NCBI GenBank assembly: GCA_950097015.1
Contig: CATNEN010000011.1
Location: 310,001 to 374,000, forward strand
DNA from: Macrostomum hystrix
Lineage: Eukaryota > Animalia > Platyhelminthes
DNA: 64,000 nucleotides
Reading direction: 5' to 3'
Shown here: one piece after another, positions 50,697-61,908 of the stretch
Numbering within the stretch: position 1 is the stretch's first letter
Layout of the letters: each line of letters opens with the position of its first letter
Translations under genes and position numbers: made by a program
Notes under the pieces: model-generated
What the model was told of the DNA's origin: nothing
What the model saw: the letters and a program-made list of their open reading frames with translations, nothing else
Database searches by the model: none

Positions 50697-51602
50697 TCAT
50701 GGAGAAAATGGAGAAAAGAATGCAAAAGTATATACCGGAGAACTGTGGGGCACAAAGCCGACTTTATTGTTTGAGTAATCAAATTCTGGCTCTGAAATCG
50801 GCTTTTCAACCTTGAAAAAGGCAGGAGGTCCGCCAGAAGACATGCTACGGTCGTCAGTCATTCTGTAGCAGGCCAAGCGTCTGCGCAAAATGGTGGCCAG
50901 CAAATGAAGAGCAACCAGCATCACGATGAAGCCAAGACAGCTGCATACGATAACGATGATTAGCAGGTGCTCCGACTGTAGGCTTGCTGGGTCGGGATGA
51001 GCGAGAGCACGATATGGAGGCATGGTTGGAGGTTGAAGTGGAGGCTTGGCTGGAGTCTGAGTTAAAGGCTTCGGGGGAGACTTTGTTGAAGATGCATTGG
51101 AAGGAAGGATGGAGGATTTTGATTTTGAACTAGCAGGTGGAGCCAGTGCAGTTGTAGTAGTAGTGGTAGTTGGTAGAGCTGCCGTTGGCTTTGGTAAATT
51201 CGGACATACATTCCAAGCATTCGTGCACCTGGTGGAGTAGATCGGGCAGATTCCTGGATGGGACAGGCCAGTTGTTCTAGCTGCAATGGCTCCCTTCTTC
51301 CACACTCAGTCAGGATCACCGAGCTCCTGACCATTCGTTAGTCCGTCACCATCTGAGTCCATTAGGCACAGCCCCGCTGTCCACCTGTGACCAGCAGCCG
51401 CAAAGTCGAGTCCCAAGGGATTCTTGGCGTTGTAACCGTAGGGACTCTGGTGACCAACTCCTGCCCAGATGGCTCCAGGCAGACATGGGTCAGGCACTTG
51501 GTTTCCGTTAGGTATATATATCTGGTACTCATAATAGGCTTGAGCAATCCAGATCTGTGCTGCAGCGGCTATAAAGATGGTCACAAGTTTAAAATGAGTC
51601 AT
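50697..51602 (-). pseudogene. Paralogue B: signal peptide - temptin-like domain - S/T/P stalk - TM, interrupted by an in-frame TGA (51306-51308) at a conserved Cys; pseudogene or recoded gene
   Basis: Track ORFs 51306-51608 and 50697-51305 are contiguous in one frame: ...ELGDPD*VWKKGAIAARTTGLSHPGICP... The other three paralogues have TGC (Cys) at this codon. Confidence 0.7.
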
Positions 51603-51611
51603 ATTCAAATT

Positions 51612-51870
51612 AGAGCGTAGAGCGTTTTTACGACCTGAAGGTTGGGGGCTCGATTCCAGACTCTACGGAAATGAATTTGTGTCGTTTAGCAAGAACGTAA
51701 CTCTCCCAGCTGTTAAACCAAGCATTAGCTGGGGTAATTGAGGGTAGGTGTGGCGCCCCCCAGTACATGGACAAACAGCGTACGCAGCCTTCAGATGCGC
51801 CGCGCAATAGCTGCGGCTGTGATATCGGCTGCTTATCTGGTCTAATTAGGGTAGGTGCAATTAATTATAA
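51612..51870 (+). mobile_element. 5'-truncated SINE family A copy immediately upstream of paralogue B
   Basis: Aligns by eye to the reverse complement of 8700-9033 (GCAGCCTTCAGATGCGCCGCGCA(A/T)TAGCTGCGGCTGTG shared). Confidence 0.85.
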
Positions 51871-52831
51871 ATTTATAAATGGTCCCTTTTATTAAACCAT
51901 GCATGCGTATAGCAAATACTTTTTTCTGAGGTTACCTTGCCCAAATACTGACTGGTTGAAAGGTGCAAGCGAAGTATTTCAAAATCGATCCGAGAGTTTG
52001 AGAAACCAGGTTTCAATACCGTTTTTCGGTATCTGGCAAACGGTTTGACTGGCCAGAAAAATTCCCTAATAAATAATCCCCACTGGCAATGCAGCCCAGC
52101 ATGTACTGATGACGGTCAGGAAACGGTGCACGTTCTAACGACTGGAAAAGTCGTTTAAAAGTAAAAGTCCTCTAAGGGTGGTAATTGTTAAGTGCTCAGA
52201 CTTGTAACCAAGAAGTCCGGAGTTCGAATATCAGTCCAAGGGAAACAATTCAAGTCCATAAGCAGGATGCTAGATACCAGATTTTTAAGTTCATCCTGCT
52301 GAGAAATATATACTGACACTGTCTGGGTAAAAACTGTGTGTAGCGTTAATTGGTCAAGGTGTAGTTTCTACCTGTATAATGTTTATATTATAAGGATAAA
52401 ACGGTGCACGGGTAAACACAAAAAGGCTAAACGCTCCAGCTTTACAAGTACAAAGGTACACAAAAATTCATATTTGGTTTTTTAATTTACTGCTCTTTCT
52501 GAAGATTTTTATTTCTATCTGAAGTAAAATGCTAAGTAAAGCTCACAAACGTGTTCCTTTATTTTGAACGTTGTAATCAGATTCCTTAATTCGTATTCAA
52601 TGGGAGCTATATACTCGTATAAGTAGCTCGTATGATTACACCACTTATTAGTGGAATTATACTGTTGATTATGGTATTGTATTAAGATATATATATTTAT
52701 TTAATCGTAAATTGTAATATTTTGTATTGCTAAACACATGTAGAAAAAATATCAAGAAATTAGGCTAATCTGTAATTGGACGCAGTTAAAATCTTGTTAA
52801 GCAAAAGGACAAGACGTGTTGATTTCATTGC

Positions 52832-53578
52832 TTATACGACAGTACTGTAGGGCAAACGGAAATTTCTGCGATCAGGGACATACGCTTGATTCTCTGTGCC
52901 GGCGTAGAGAGGCTCGGGCTCTGGGCTAGATTTAACACTGATTTTATAGCAGGCCAAGCGACTGTGCAGGAAGTTGGCCAACAAGTGAAGAGCCACCAGC
53001 ATCAGGATGAAGCCCAGACATGCGCATATGATGGTGATGATCAGTACCTGATCGGACTGCCGGTTCGAAGAGGCACGAGAAAAGCCAAGCGATGAAGCCT
53101 GGGTGGAGGTCTGGGAGAGAGGAACCGAAACCGAGGTATTGGAGTTTTTTGGCGGTGCTAGAGTGGGATTTGATAAGTTCGGACACGCGTTCCAAGCGTT
53201 AGAGCACGTTGTTGAGTAGATAGGACAGATTCCAGGATGAGACAGGCCCGTTGTCCTAGCTGGTGTGGCTCCGACCATCCAAACGCATGAGGGATCACCC
53301 AGCTCTTGACCGTTTGTGAGGCCGTCATTGTCAGAGTCCTTTTGACACAAAGCAGTTGTCCATCTGTTGCCGGTAGATTTGAAGTCCTGTCCGAAGGGAT
53401 TCAAAGCATTGGAGCCATATGTACTCTGGTGGCCGACTCCAGTCCAAACGGCTCCTGGCTGGCACGGGTCTGGTACTTGGTTTCCGTTTGGAATGCGGGA
53501 CTGGAAGCTAAAGCTCGCCTGGGCTACGCTGATTAGCGCTGTTACGGCGAAGAGAATCGACAGTTTAAAGATAGCCAT
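52832..53578 (-). CDS. Paralogue C: signal peptide - temptin-like domain - short S/T-rich stalk - TM - tail; no monooxygenase domain
   Basis: Likely start MAIFKLSILFAVTALISVAQA. Intact temptin-like domain with DSDNDGLTNGQELGDPSCVW. TM VLIITIICACLGFILMLVALHLLA. Confidence 0.85.
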   Translation of the reverse strand: MAIFKLSILFAVTALISVAQASFSFQSRIPNGNQVPDPCQPGAVWTGVGHQSTYGSNALNPFGQDFKSTGNRWTTALCQKDSDNDGLTNGQELGDPSCVWMVGATPARTTGLSHPGICPIYSTTCSNAWNACPNLSNPTLAPPKNSNTSVSVPLSQTSTQASSLGFSRASSNRQSDQVLIITIICACLGFILMLVALHLLANFLHSRLACYKISVKSSPEPEPLYAGTENQAYVPDRRNFRLPYSTVV

Positions 53579-54159
53579 GCCTAGATTCTTTTTCGCTTTT
53601 CTATGCTTGAAGTGTGGCACTCGAAGTCTTCTTGATTCCTATCTGAAATCCTGACTAAGCTCATGATATTACTTTCTTGAAATTCCTCTGGCTTTATACG
53701 AGCGTACTTTAGCGTATTAATGCCCGAATAAGTGGCTGACATACTTTCACAGATCGCCAGCGAACGGTGTTTCTAAATATAGGCGAAAGTTTCAGCGAGA
53801 TGTGCTTTCCGACGATCAAATATTTGCACTACCCATGACGACCGTAGCTGTACTAGAAGAAATTTCTGCTCCCACAGTTCTCAACTCTGTACGGGAGACG
53901 GAATTGGCTCTGTATGACTAATTCACAGTGGGATGCACAGGCGCACTTTACCCAAGTGAGTGCTGTTTGCAATGGAAAATGTGAAAGCGACGACAGGTGT
54001 GTCATGCTCCTTTTTGCGCTTCCATCACATAGACCTGAAGACTCTGTGCAGAGCTTATTCAAGAGCGACTCTTTTTGTGGGTATTATTGAGGTCGAAACT
54101 GTAGCTTCTAATGTATACTATTATAGTATATAAATGTTGTATATGTATATATTGATTAG

Positions 54160-54960
54160 CTTTGCACCACAGGTCCTCCGCACCGCCTGGTCGGCTTAGA
54201 CGGGACTGGCTGAGCCGGAAGGCGCGCACTGAACGAACATCGAGCTGTCCACGACGGGTAGTCTGCGAATGCCAATAAGCGCTGGACAATCTTGGCGACC
54301 ATGCCTTGTCCTGCAACCGTGTCATCGAGCGACATCGCCAGCAGGACGAGCTTAACACCCGGTGCTTTACTCTCGTAAAGGCACACAAGGACTGATTTGG
54401 CTGATTTTCCAACTGCACGCCGACTGCTGCCCGGCACTATGGGGCTTCCAGACCGCCATAGGCATAACGTTGTGCGCGCTTGCCGTTTCTGTGGCGAGGG
54501 CGACGGCATCCCACCCGCTGATCTACTGCCCCGCCCGCCGCTCGCTGACTTCTCACCGCTGCCGCCTCTGGGGCTCAAACCAGGAGCTCGCGGTGGTTTT
54601 TGCCAGCTAGCCTGCCGTGCTGGACTTCGTCGGGAAGGCGGGCATCCTACGATGAAGAATAAGCTTAACCCCGCGACGTGCGAGACGGTTTTCCCTGCGG
54701 TGCTCGATCCGGTCGGCCTGGCGGCACGTGACCGTAGGGAATTCGACAGATTCACGTTTGCAGCGGCAGTTCATCGGTCGAGTGAGGGCCGCCGATGGCC
54801 TGGGACGCGACATGCATTCACACCAGGGCCTCAATTCATCTGGCTGCTTCCGACGCCGCCACCCGTGCTCCTGCTGCCGTGGCAGAGGTGCACAAGGCCG
54901 TCAGATACGCTGACCAGGGATGCCCAGCGCATCCTCGAACAGCTTTGGGGCTTGATGTCG
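54160..54960 (+). mobile_element. Possible decayed 3' fragment of an RLE-type (CRE-like) non-LTR retrotransposon
   Basis: Scattered peptides LDNLGDHALSC, HRHNVVR, PPADLL and RAGLRRE in different frames resemble the zinc-knuckle/restriction-like endonuclease region. Heavily disrupted. Confidence 0.35.
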
Positions 54961-55811
54961 AATTGGCTAAATAATTTTGATTATTTAATCCATCATTTAT
55001 TCGAATATTATACAAATATTCTTTTTTTGTCTAAGTTTTCTAAGCAAAGCATTAGTTTTCATATTACTATTCGAGCTATAGAATATTAATACGAAATCAT
55101 AGAAGTATTATAAGCCTAACAGCCCTGGCTAAACCCATAGCCAAATCCATAGCCAAAGCCATAGCTATGATTCTCAAGGGGGTTGGTAGGCCCAGTGGGT
55201 TAGTGTTTTAGAACTCCTAATCTTGAGGTCGGGAAATCAGTCGGTGCCCTTGAGTAAGAAGCAATAGCTGCGGCTGTCACTGGCTATACGAGCTACACCT
55301 GGACCAGCTAGGTTAGAGTCACTCCTACCTTTCATCTTCTGTAATTATCAATATTTGATGTCGAATTGAGAACACAAAAAGGTTTTTACTGCGGACTCAA
55401 GCCAGCTGGCTCAGGTTAGAGGCACTTGGGTCTGACGCACTGCTGTTGCTCGGTATCCAACGAAACAGCGCTCTGTTTATTTCACTCTCAGAAAAGCCCC
55501 TTTGTCACGTCGACCAACCACTCTGCCAGAGGTACTTTACCGATACCAAGTAGTCAGACTTTTGCATGCAGCGTGAGAGTGAAGCTAGACAAGCTTTGCC
55601 TGAATCTAAATTTGTCCAATACAAACTAATGAAGAGCACACATTTTCTTGGATTCTTAATTAAATTTTGCTCTTGCCAACATGCTTAAGAAAACAAATAT
55701 CAAGATAGACAAGAAAGAAAGAAAGAAAGACAAGATAAAAGGGTATAATAAAGCAAAGAAGGATTAAAACAGAATAGTTCTCGTGGGAATCGGAAAATAG
55801 AGAGTTGCACA

Positions 55812-57761
55812 ATGAACTCTATAGTTTTTGTCATTCTAGTGGCAGCCTTTGCGCTGCAGACTGTACACGGATATTCGTCCTACAAGTCAAGAATTCCGAA
55901 CGGTGACAGAGTGCCGAACCCGTGCCAAGCTGGAACCATCTGGGCCGGAGTCGGACACCAGAGCTCTGTTGGGGCTGACACGAGGAACCCCTTCGGACTG
56001 GACTTCAAAGTTGCCGGCTCCAAGTGGACAACAGAACTGTGCCGGAAGGACTCGGATGGCGACGGCCTAACGAACGGCGAGGAGCTCGGAGATCCCGACT
56101 GCGTTTGGACAGTTGGGGCCACTCCCGCGAGGACAACTGGCCTGTCTCACCCTGGAATCTGTCCTCTAGACTCGACAAAATGCAAGAACGCATGGACAGT
56201 GTGCCCCAAAGCATTCAGTTGTCCTTCTATGAATGATCCCGGTGTGTATGTGAGAAACTTTACCATCAACAAGACCACGGTTCCGGCAAAGGAGACTACG
56301 TACATCTGCCAAGCATTCGAGCTGAACGGCACCGCCACCCCTGTTCACATGATTGGATCTCGACCCATCATCGATAACAACAACATCATGCATCACATGA
56401 TCATGTACGCCTGCGACACTAAACCAAACCAGACGTTCTTTGACGCACCTCAAGAGTGCTTCATGGGACGAGCGAATTGCAACGAAATTCTTAACCTCTG
56501 GGCTTTCGGTATTGATGGCGAATGCTTCAACAACAACACTGGATACCGCATTGGAGGCGAAGGCTACCGATATGCGATGCTTGAGCTTCACTGGAACAAT
56601 CCAGCAAAAGTGAGCACCTACACGGACTCATCTGGCCTCTCTCTGTACTACACTCCCAATTTGCGGAAGTACGATCAGGGAACAGTGATGTATGGCGAAG
56701 TCAATCTTGTGCTACCGCCACGTCAGCAGCTAGTTAATTATAACCACACATGTCCATCGGTGTGCACGGAGCGCTATCACACTGAGACCAGGTACATAAC
56801 ATCAGCTGGTATCCACATGCATGGCTATGGTGTGCAGGGTCGCATCTCCCTCTGGCGAAATGGAACATTCGTCCAGGATCTGCATCCGCTGCAGGCATAC
56901 GATTACAACTCACCCAAGATGAACCCGTTCGATCCGCCAGTGGAGTATCGCAGAGGCGACGAAGTAAAGACCGAATGCTATTTCAGTACACTGAGATCAA
57001 ACACCTCGGTTTTCTTCGGAGAAGGGACTAGCGACGAAATGTGCTTCTCGTTCCTTTCTTACTATCCCAACAATGTCAGCAAATCCACAGACGCCAAGCT
57101 TGGTCGTTGCATTGGGGTGTCGGGCATAAATCTTTGCTGGTTAAACAGCAATGCCAGGCCTCAAATTGAGCAGGAGTGCAACATTACAGACATGATCAGT
57201 GGAAAGATTCCCAACCAAGTATCAGCCGATATGAGTGCGAACGGATGCTTTTCCAATACCGGCTGCAGTGCCGCGTGCAGGAACTATCTGAACAACACGC
57301 TTTGGCCATCGAATGCCTGCTACGATCCGAACAGGTCACGCCAGATGGCGGAAATTCTAGCGATGGGATTCCAGACCAGCCAGAATGTGAGCCAGATGAT
57401 TGTCAAGACGCTCTACGGACAGAGGTTCTGTCAGCAGGAGGTCACTATGCTTGCAGAAATGGCCCGTCAGGCTTCAGCACTCTCGGCTGCTACCACTCCA
57501 GCTACTGTCCAAGTGGCGGCCCCGACTGGGTTGAAGTCCGAGCACCTGCTGATCATCATTATTGTGTGCAGCTGCTTGGGCTTCATAATCATATTGGCCA
57601 TTCTGGGCCTCATAGCCAGCAAGACTGCCGGAAGGGACTTTCCGAAGCCCACAGCTGGAGCGGACAAGACTCAGTCGATCGTAGGAGCGCAGAGCGACAA
57701 TAAAGCCTACCTTTACAATGAGTACGACAATAACTCGGCTGCGCACAAGTCCCAGCTCTGA
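55812..57761 (+). CDS. Paralogue D: signal peptide - temptin-like domain - copper type II monooxygenase core (no DOMON) - Cys-rich domain - TM (649 aa)
   Basis: Colinear with paralogue A. Copper ligands IMHHMIMY, LELHWNNP, IHMH and GEGTSDEMC are all present. Confidence 0.9.
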   Translation: MNSIVFVILVAAFALQTVHGYSSYKSRIPNGDRVPNPCQAGTIWAGVGHQSSVGADTRNPFGLDFKVAGSKWTTELCRKDSDGDGLTNGEELGDPDCVWTVGATPARTTGLSHPGICPLDSTKCKNAWTVCPKAFSCPSMNDPGVYVRNFTINKTTVPAKETTYICQAFELNGTATPVHMIGSRPIIDNNNIMHHMIMYACDTKPNQTFFDAPQECFMGRANCNEILNLWAFGIDGECFNNNTGYRIGGEGYRYAMLELHWNNPAKVSTYTDSSGLSLYYTPNLRKYDQGTVMYGEVNLVLPPRQQLVNYNHTCPSVCTERYHTETRYITSAGIHMHGYGVQGRISLWRNGTFVQDLHPLQAYDYNSPKMNPFDPPVEYRRGDEVKTECYFSTLRSNTSVFFGEGTSDEMCFSFLSYYPNNVSKSTDAKLGRCIGVSGINLCWLNSNARPQIEQECNITDMISGKIPNQVSADMSANGCFSNTGCSAACRNYLNNTLWPSNACYDPNRSRQMAEILAMGFQTSQNVSQMIVKTLYGQRFCQQEVTMLAEMARQASALSAATTPATVQVAAPTGLKSEHLLIIIIVCSCLGFIIILAILGLIASKTAGRDFPKPTAGADKTQSIVGAQSDNKAYLYNEYDNNSAAHKSQL

Positions 57762-58984
57762 GGATGCGGATTTCGGTGACGATTGAAGCGAGCGTGGTTT
57801 TTTATCAAACATATTTTAGCAGGAAAATTATAGCACAGATTGGCACTGGCTTGCAAATCTGTGTCACTGCTACTTGCTGCTCTTTTTTAGTGTTAGTTTT
57901 TTTCTCGCTCTAAAACTATTTATGAGCATTAGGAATATTAGGACTATATTTAGAACACATTTTATTTAACGCGTGCATCTCTTTAAATTAGACTGAGTAC
58001 GAGCTAGCAGTAAGTAGCAGAAACAATGGATAAAAAAACAGAAAAAACATTTGTGTAACTTTAAACTTTAATTAATATACTAAGTTTCAGATCTACATTA
58101 CAAACTCTCGCTAAAATATTATTACGTTTTTATTCCGCTCACTTCTCTTTGTGTATATGCAGCTGTGTTTAGAACTTAACTTTAGATTTAAATGTATTAT
58201 CATATTCTTACAATCTGCTAAAATTTTAATATTTACGAGTATTAACTTCTACCGGTTCCAGAGAGCTTAAAAAGTTTACACCAGAAAGGAATCATAAGTC
58301 TAAATATACTGTTACGCACGCGGCCTATTTAAAAATGTAGAATTTCTTAAATATATAATTAAAGCTTATTCACTTTGGTGTGTAAGTATGATGCACTTTT
58401 TTAATTAATGAATCGCGTGCATCTTTTGAAAGTTTTCAAATGTAGTTTGATCCGCTGGTCTACTGTCTTTTATACTAATGTTAAAATTTGCAACTCTAAT
58501 ATTTTAATGAATGATTGAATGGTCATTGTAAAGAAGTCGATACTACCTATACTATTATGATAGGATAGTACTAATGTTCCGGTTTATAAACGTAGGTAGT
58601 CTAAAAAGTTCTGTGATTTATAAAAGAAAATTAAGGACAGCTGCTAACAAAAAATTTGAATTTTGTTCCTCAAAGCTATAAAAAGCTTTCCAGATAATTT
58701 TGGCTGACAAAGCACGATAGAAATAATTGTTAAATATTTAATAATATAATTAAAGCGGATGCAGATAAAACGTTACATTTTAGTATTAAGCAAAGTGGCA
58801 AACTTGCAAACAGAAAAATTATGAAAACTCAAAATATTTAACGTGCACTGATCTTGTGCCCATTTGTTATATCCATCTCGGGCTTCAGTCGAAACTCGCA
58901 GCAAAGATATACAATGCACGGCAATTTTATAAAAGTTGCTCAATTAATCTGACAGATCTTGGGATTCCGAGTGTGTTCATTTCA

Positions 58985-59285
58985 GGATGGGATCAGTATC
59001 CTTAGGATGGGATTAGTGTCTAATTTAGGATGGGATCAGTGTCCAGTTTATGATGAGAGCAGTTTGGTATGGGATCAGTGTCCAGTTAATGATGAGAGCA
59101 GTTTGGGATGGGATCAGTGTCCAGTTAATGATGAGAGCAGTTTGGGATGGGATCAGTGTCCAGTTAATGATGAGAGCAGTTTGGGATGGGATCAGTGTCC
59201 AGTTAACGATGAGAGCAGTTTAGGATGGGATCAGTTTAGGATGGATCAGTGTCCAGTTTATGATGAGAGCAGTTTGGGATGGGAT
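58985..59285. repeat. 39-bp satellite, left part (GGGATGGGATCAGTGTCCAGTTAATGATGAGAGCAGTTT)
   Basis: Directly visible tandem units. Confidence 0.95.
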
Positions 59286-61908
59286 CTTGACTTACTTGAC
59301 TTAGCGGCAGGGGGCCTCCATGACGGACGCAGCGAGGAGGCGGCTGGTGCCGCCCATATCGCTAACCCCTGGCAGCCAGACGGCCTCCAGCGAGGCGCGC
59401 CTGACTTGCGCCAGTATGGCCAGGGCCCTCTTGGCCTTTGTGGTGATGTGTGGGGTCCAGTTAAGCCTATGGTCTAGCACGAGACCAAGGCACCGGACCT
59501 GCTTTTCCATGGCAATATTCTTGCCATGGTCCAGAGCAGTTTGCTGGTAAACATAACCGCGACGGTCTTGGACTCAGAGAGTCGGAGCCCGCATTGGTCC
59601 GCCCAGCGCACCGCCCTGTTGATAAAGCCCTGAATGAGGTCCCTGGTGGTTTCCGCCGAGGGGCCCGCGCAGATGGCGGTCACATCGTCGGCATATCCCA
59701 CCTTCAGGACTGGGTCTGGACGAGTGCTTTTCAGCAGCTCATCCATGACGAGATTCCACAGCAGTGGGGTGAGGACGCCACCTTGGGGCCCTCCTTTTAG
59801 GACAGGTGCCGAGAGCACCCTGCCTTCGAGGTGGGCCACCACGTGGCGATTCCGGATCATGTACATGACCCAGCGAACGAGGTGGGGGTGAGTGGCCCTG
59901 GAAACCAGGGCCTTCTCAAAGGCTTCGAAAACAACGTTATCGAAGGCCCCCTCAATATCAAGGAAGACAGCCAGGGCAAAACCGCTGCCCAGTACTGCCT
60001 TCTCTAGAGTCTCCACGATGCAGTGGAGGGCGCTCTCCGTGGACCGGCCAGCCCGAAAGGCGTGCTGGTTTGGCGAGAGCGGGGCCCGCCCTAGCTCTAC
60101 AGTAAGAAGGCGCCAGAGCACCAGTCTTTCCATGAGCTTGAGGCAGGTGGAAGTCAAACTTATCGGGCGATAAGACTTGACCGAGCGATAGTCGCCTTTG
60201 GCGGGCTTCGGGATGAAGACGACCCGGGCTTCGTGCCACAGCGCTGGTACGTAGCCCAGCACGATGCAGGCCCGTAGAAGCCATTTTTGACCGCTTCATG
60301 CAAAAAGGCCGGATAAATACCATCTGGCCCAGGTGCTTTGAAAGGGTTGAATGACTTTGCCGCGCGAACGATGCGGTCATTCGTGACGAGTGACTGAGCC
60401 AGGCCCTGACCTCCACGTGAGTGGTCGTCTGGGCCAAAGTGCGCCGGTACACTCGGGAAGAAATGCCCTAGCATAAGCTCGAGCGTTTCCTCCGGGCGCT
60501 CCGTGATCGAGCCGTCTGGCTTTTTGATCGATGAGAGCTTGGAGAAGCGGTCGTTGGTGAGCGCCTTTACCACGCGGGCCGTGGGCCGCGAGCCCTCAAG
60601 CCCTTCGCAGTATTGTCGCCATTTGTCCGCTTTTGCCCTTCTGACCCGGCCCTTAAACTCATGGATGGCGCGAGTATAGGCCTCTTTGTCATCAGGGTCG
60701 TGCGAGGTTTTCAGCTTCCTCTGGAGAGCCTTAGCTCGGCGTCTCAGGACTCCGAGCTCGGGGTTCCACCAGGGGGCCGATTTTTTGCCTTTGTAGGCTT
60801 TGAGCGGGCAAGCCATTTCGTAGGCCTCTGTGATGGCGCCGCCCAGCAGGGCAGCCACTCCATCTAGGTCCTGCGTGGTTGCCATGGCCATGGAGGGGTC
60901 GGAATCCCGAAGGCCCTCATGCAGCTTTTGGCTGAACGCGGGCCAGTCGGTGTTTCTGACATTACGCCTCCAAATAGGCTTTTGCTTCTTATCGGGGGTA
61001 CCGATGTTGAAGCGAATGAAACGATGGTCCGAGAGCGAGCTTTCGGTCTCCCATACCTCCCACCCCAGCACCCTTGGGAGGATGCCGGGTGAGGCCAGGG
61101 TGACGTCAAGCACCTCAGCCCACCGCCCATTGTCGAAAGTGGGCGTGTTGCCCACATTACAGAAGTTGAGAGGCGTGCCGCTGACGTAGGCCAGGAGCTC
61201 TTCGCCGCGGTCATTGATTTTTGAGCTACCCCAGTGGGTGTGATGCGAGTTTGCATCTCCCGCGAGGAGCAGCTCGAAGTTACGTGCCCTGGCGAAATCA
61301 CAGAGGGCGACGAGGGTATCGCTGACCACGGGGGCGTCGCCTGCCAGGTAGGCGGATGCCACGAGGGTCAACTTGTTAGGCACAATGTGTGCAGATTGGA
61401 TGACGCAGATGTCCCCGTTAGAGAGATCGGGTCTCATCCACGCATTTAAGGCTTTTGTGGCATAGATCAGTGATCTAGGGCGGACAGAGTCTGCCATGCA
61501 GAAGCAGTCATAGCCAGCAGGAATGTTGCTTGGCTTGTTTTTTGATAACCAGGGCTCCTGCACAAGTACAAGGCCCGGCATCATGCGCTCTGTCGTGCGC
61601 ATCAGATTTACTGATGCTGCCACGCAGTGCTGGGTGTTAACTTGCAGACATGATATTCCGGGGATCATCATGCAGGCAGAGGTCTACTTGGAGGGGGACT
61701 CAGCCAGAAGGCGGTCCTCCTCCTCCAGGTCGATGTCGGTAGCCATGGGCTCCTCCGTGCCCAGGCCCCGAGCCAGAGGCGGGAACTCGACGGGGTCAGC
61801 CGCCCAGTCCCCACCCCCGGCCCCGAGCCCAGGCCCAGAGTCGCCCTCAACCGGAGCCGACACCGCTCCCTGGGCCGTGGGAGGGGCGCTCGAAGGGCCC
61901 TGCTCGAT
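59286..61908 (-). mobile_element. Non-LTR retrotransposon (APE + RT, LOA-clade-like), 5'-truncated, frameshifted and internally deleted
   Basis: APE motifs LVLVQEPW, GDANSHH..WG, LDVTLA, SDH (60160-61671). RT motifs YRPISLTS, QHAFRAGRSTESAL, FLDIEGAFD, GPQGGVLTPLLW, GYADDV (59474-60262). 3' tail (TAAGTCAAG)x2. TSD GGGATGGGAT at 59276-59285 and 61909-61918. Confidence 0.92.

Noticed and set aside
50400-50700. SECIS element for paralogue B
   Set aside because: ATGA/GTGA cores are present, but I could not build the required helix II, AA loop and GA quartet by eye. Needs SECISearch3.
54397-55089. 230-aa ORF as a host gene
   Set aside because: No recognisable domain, the motif remnants lie in several frames, and the 3' end runs into AT-rich non-coding sequence.
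41789-57761. Bacterial horizontal transfer as the origin of the intronless genes
   Set aside because: They have eukaryotic signal peptides or anchors, glycosylation sequons and metazoan-type temptin domains; lacking introns is not sufficient evidence.
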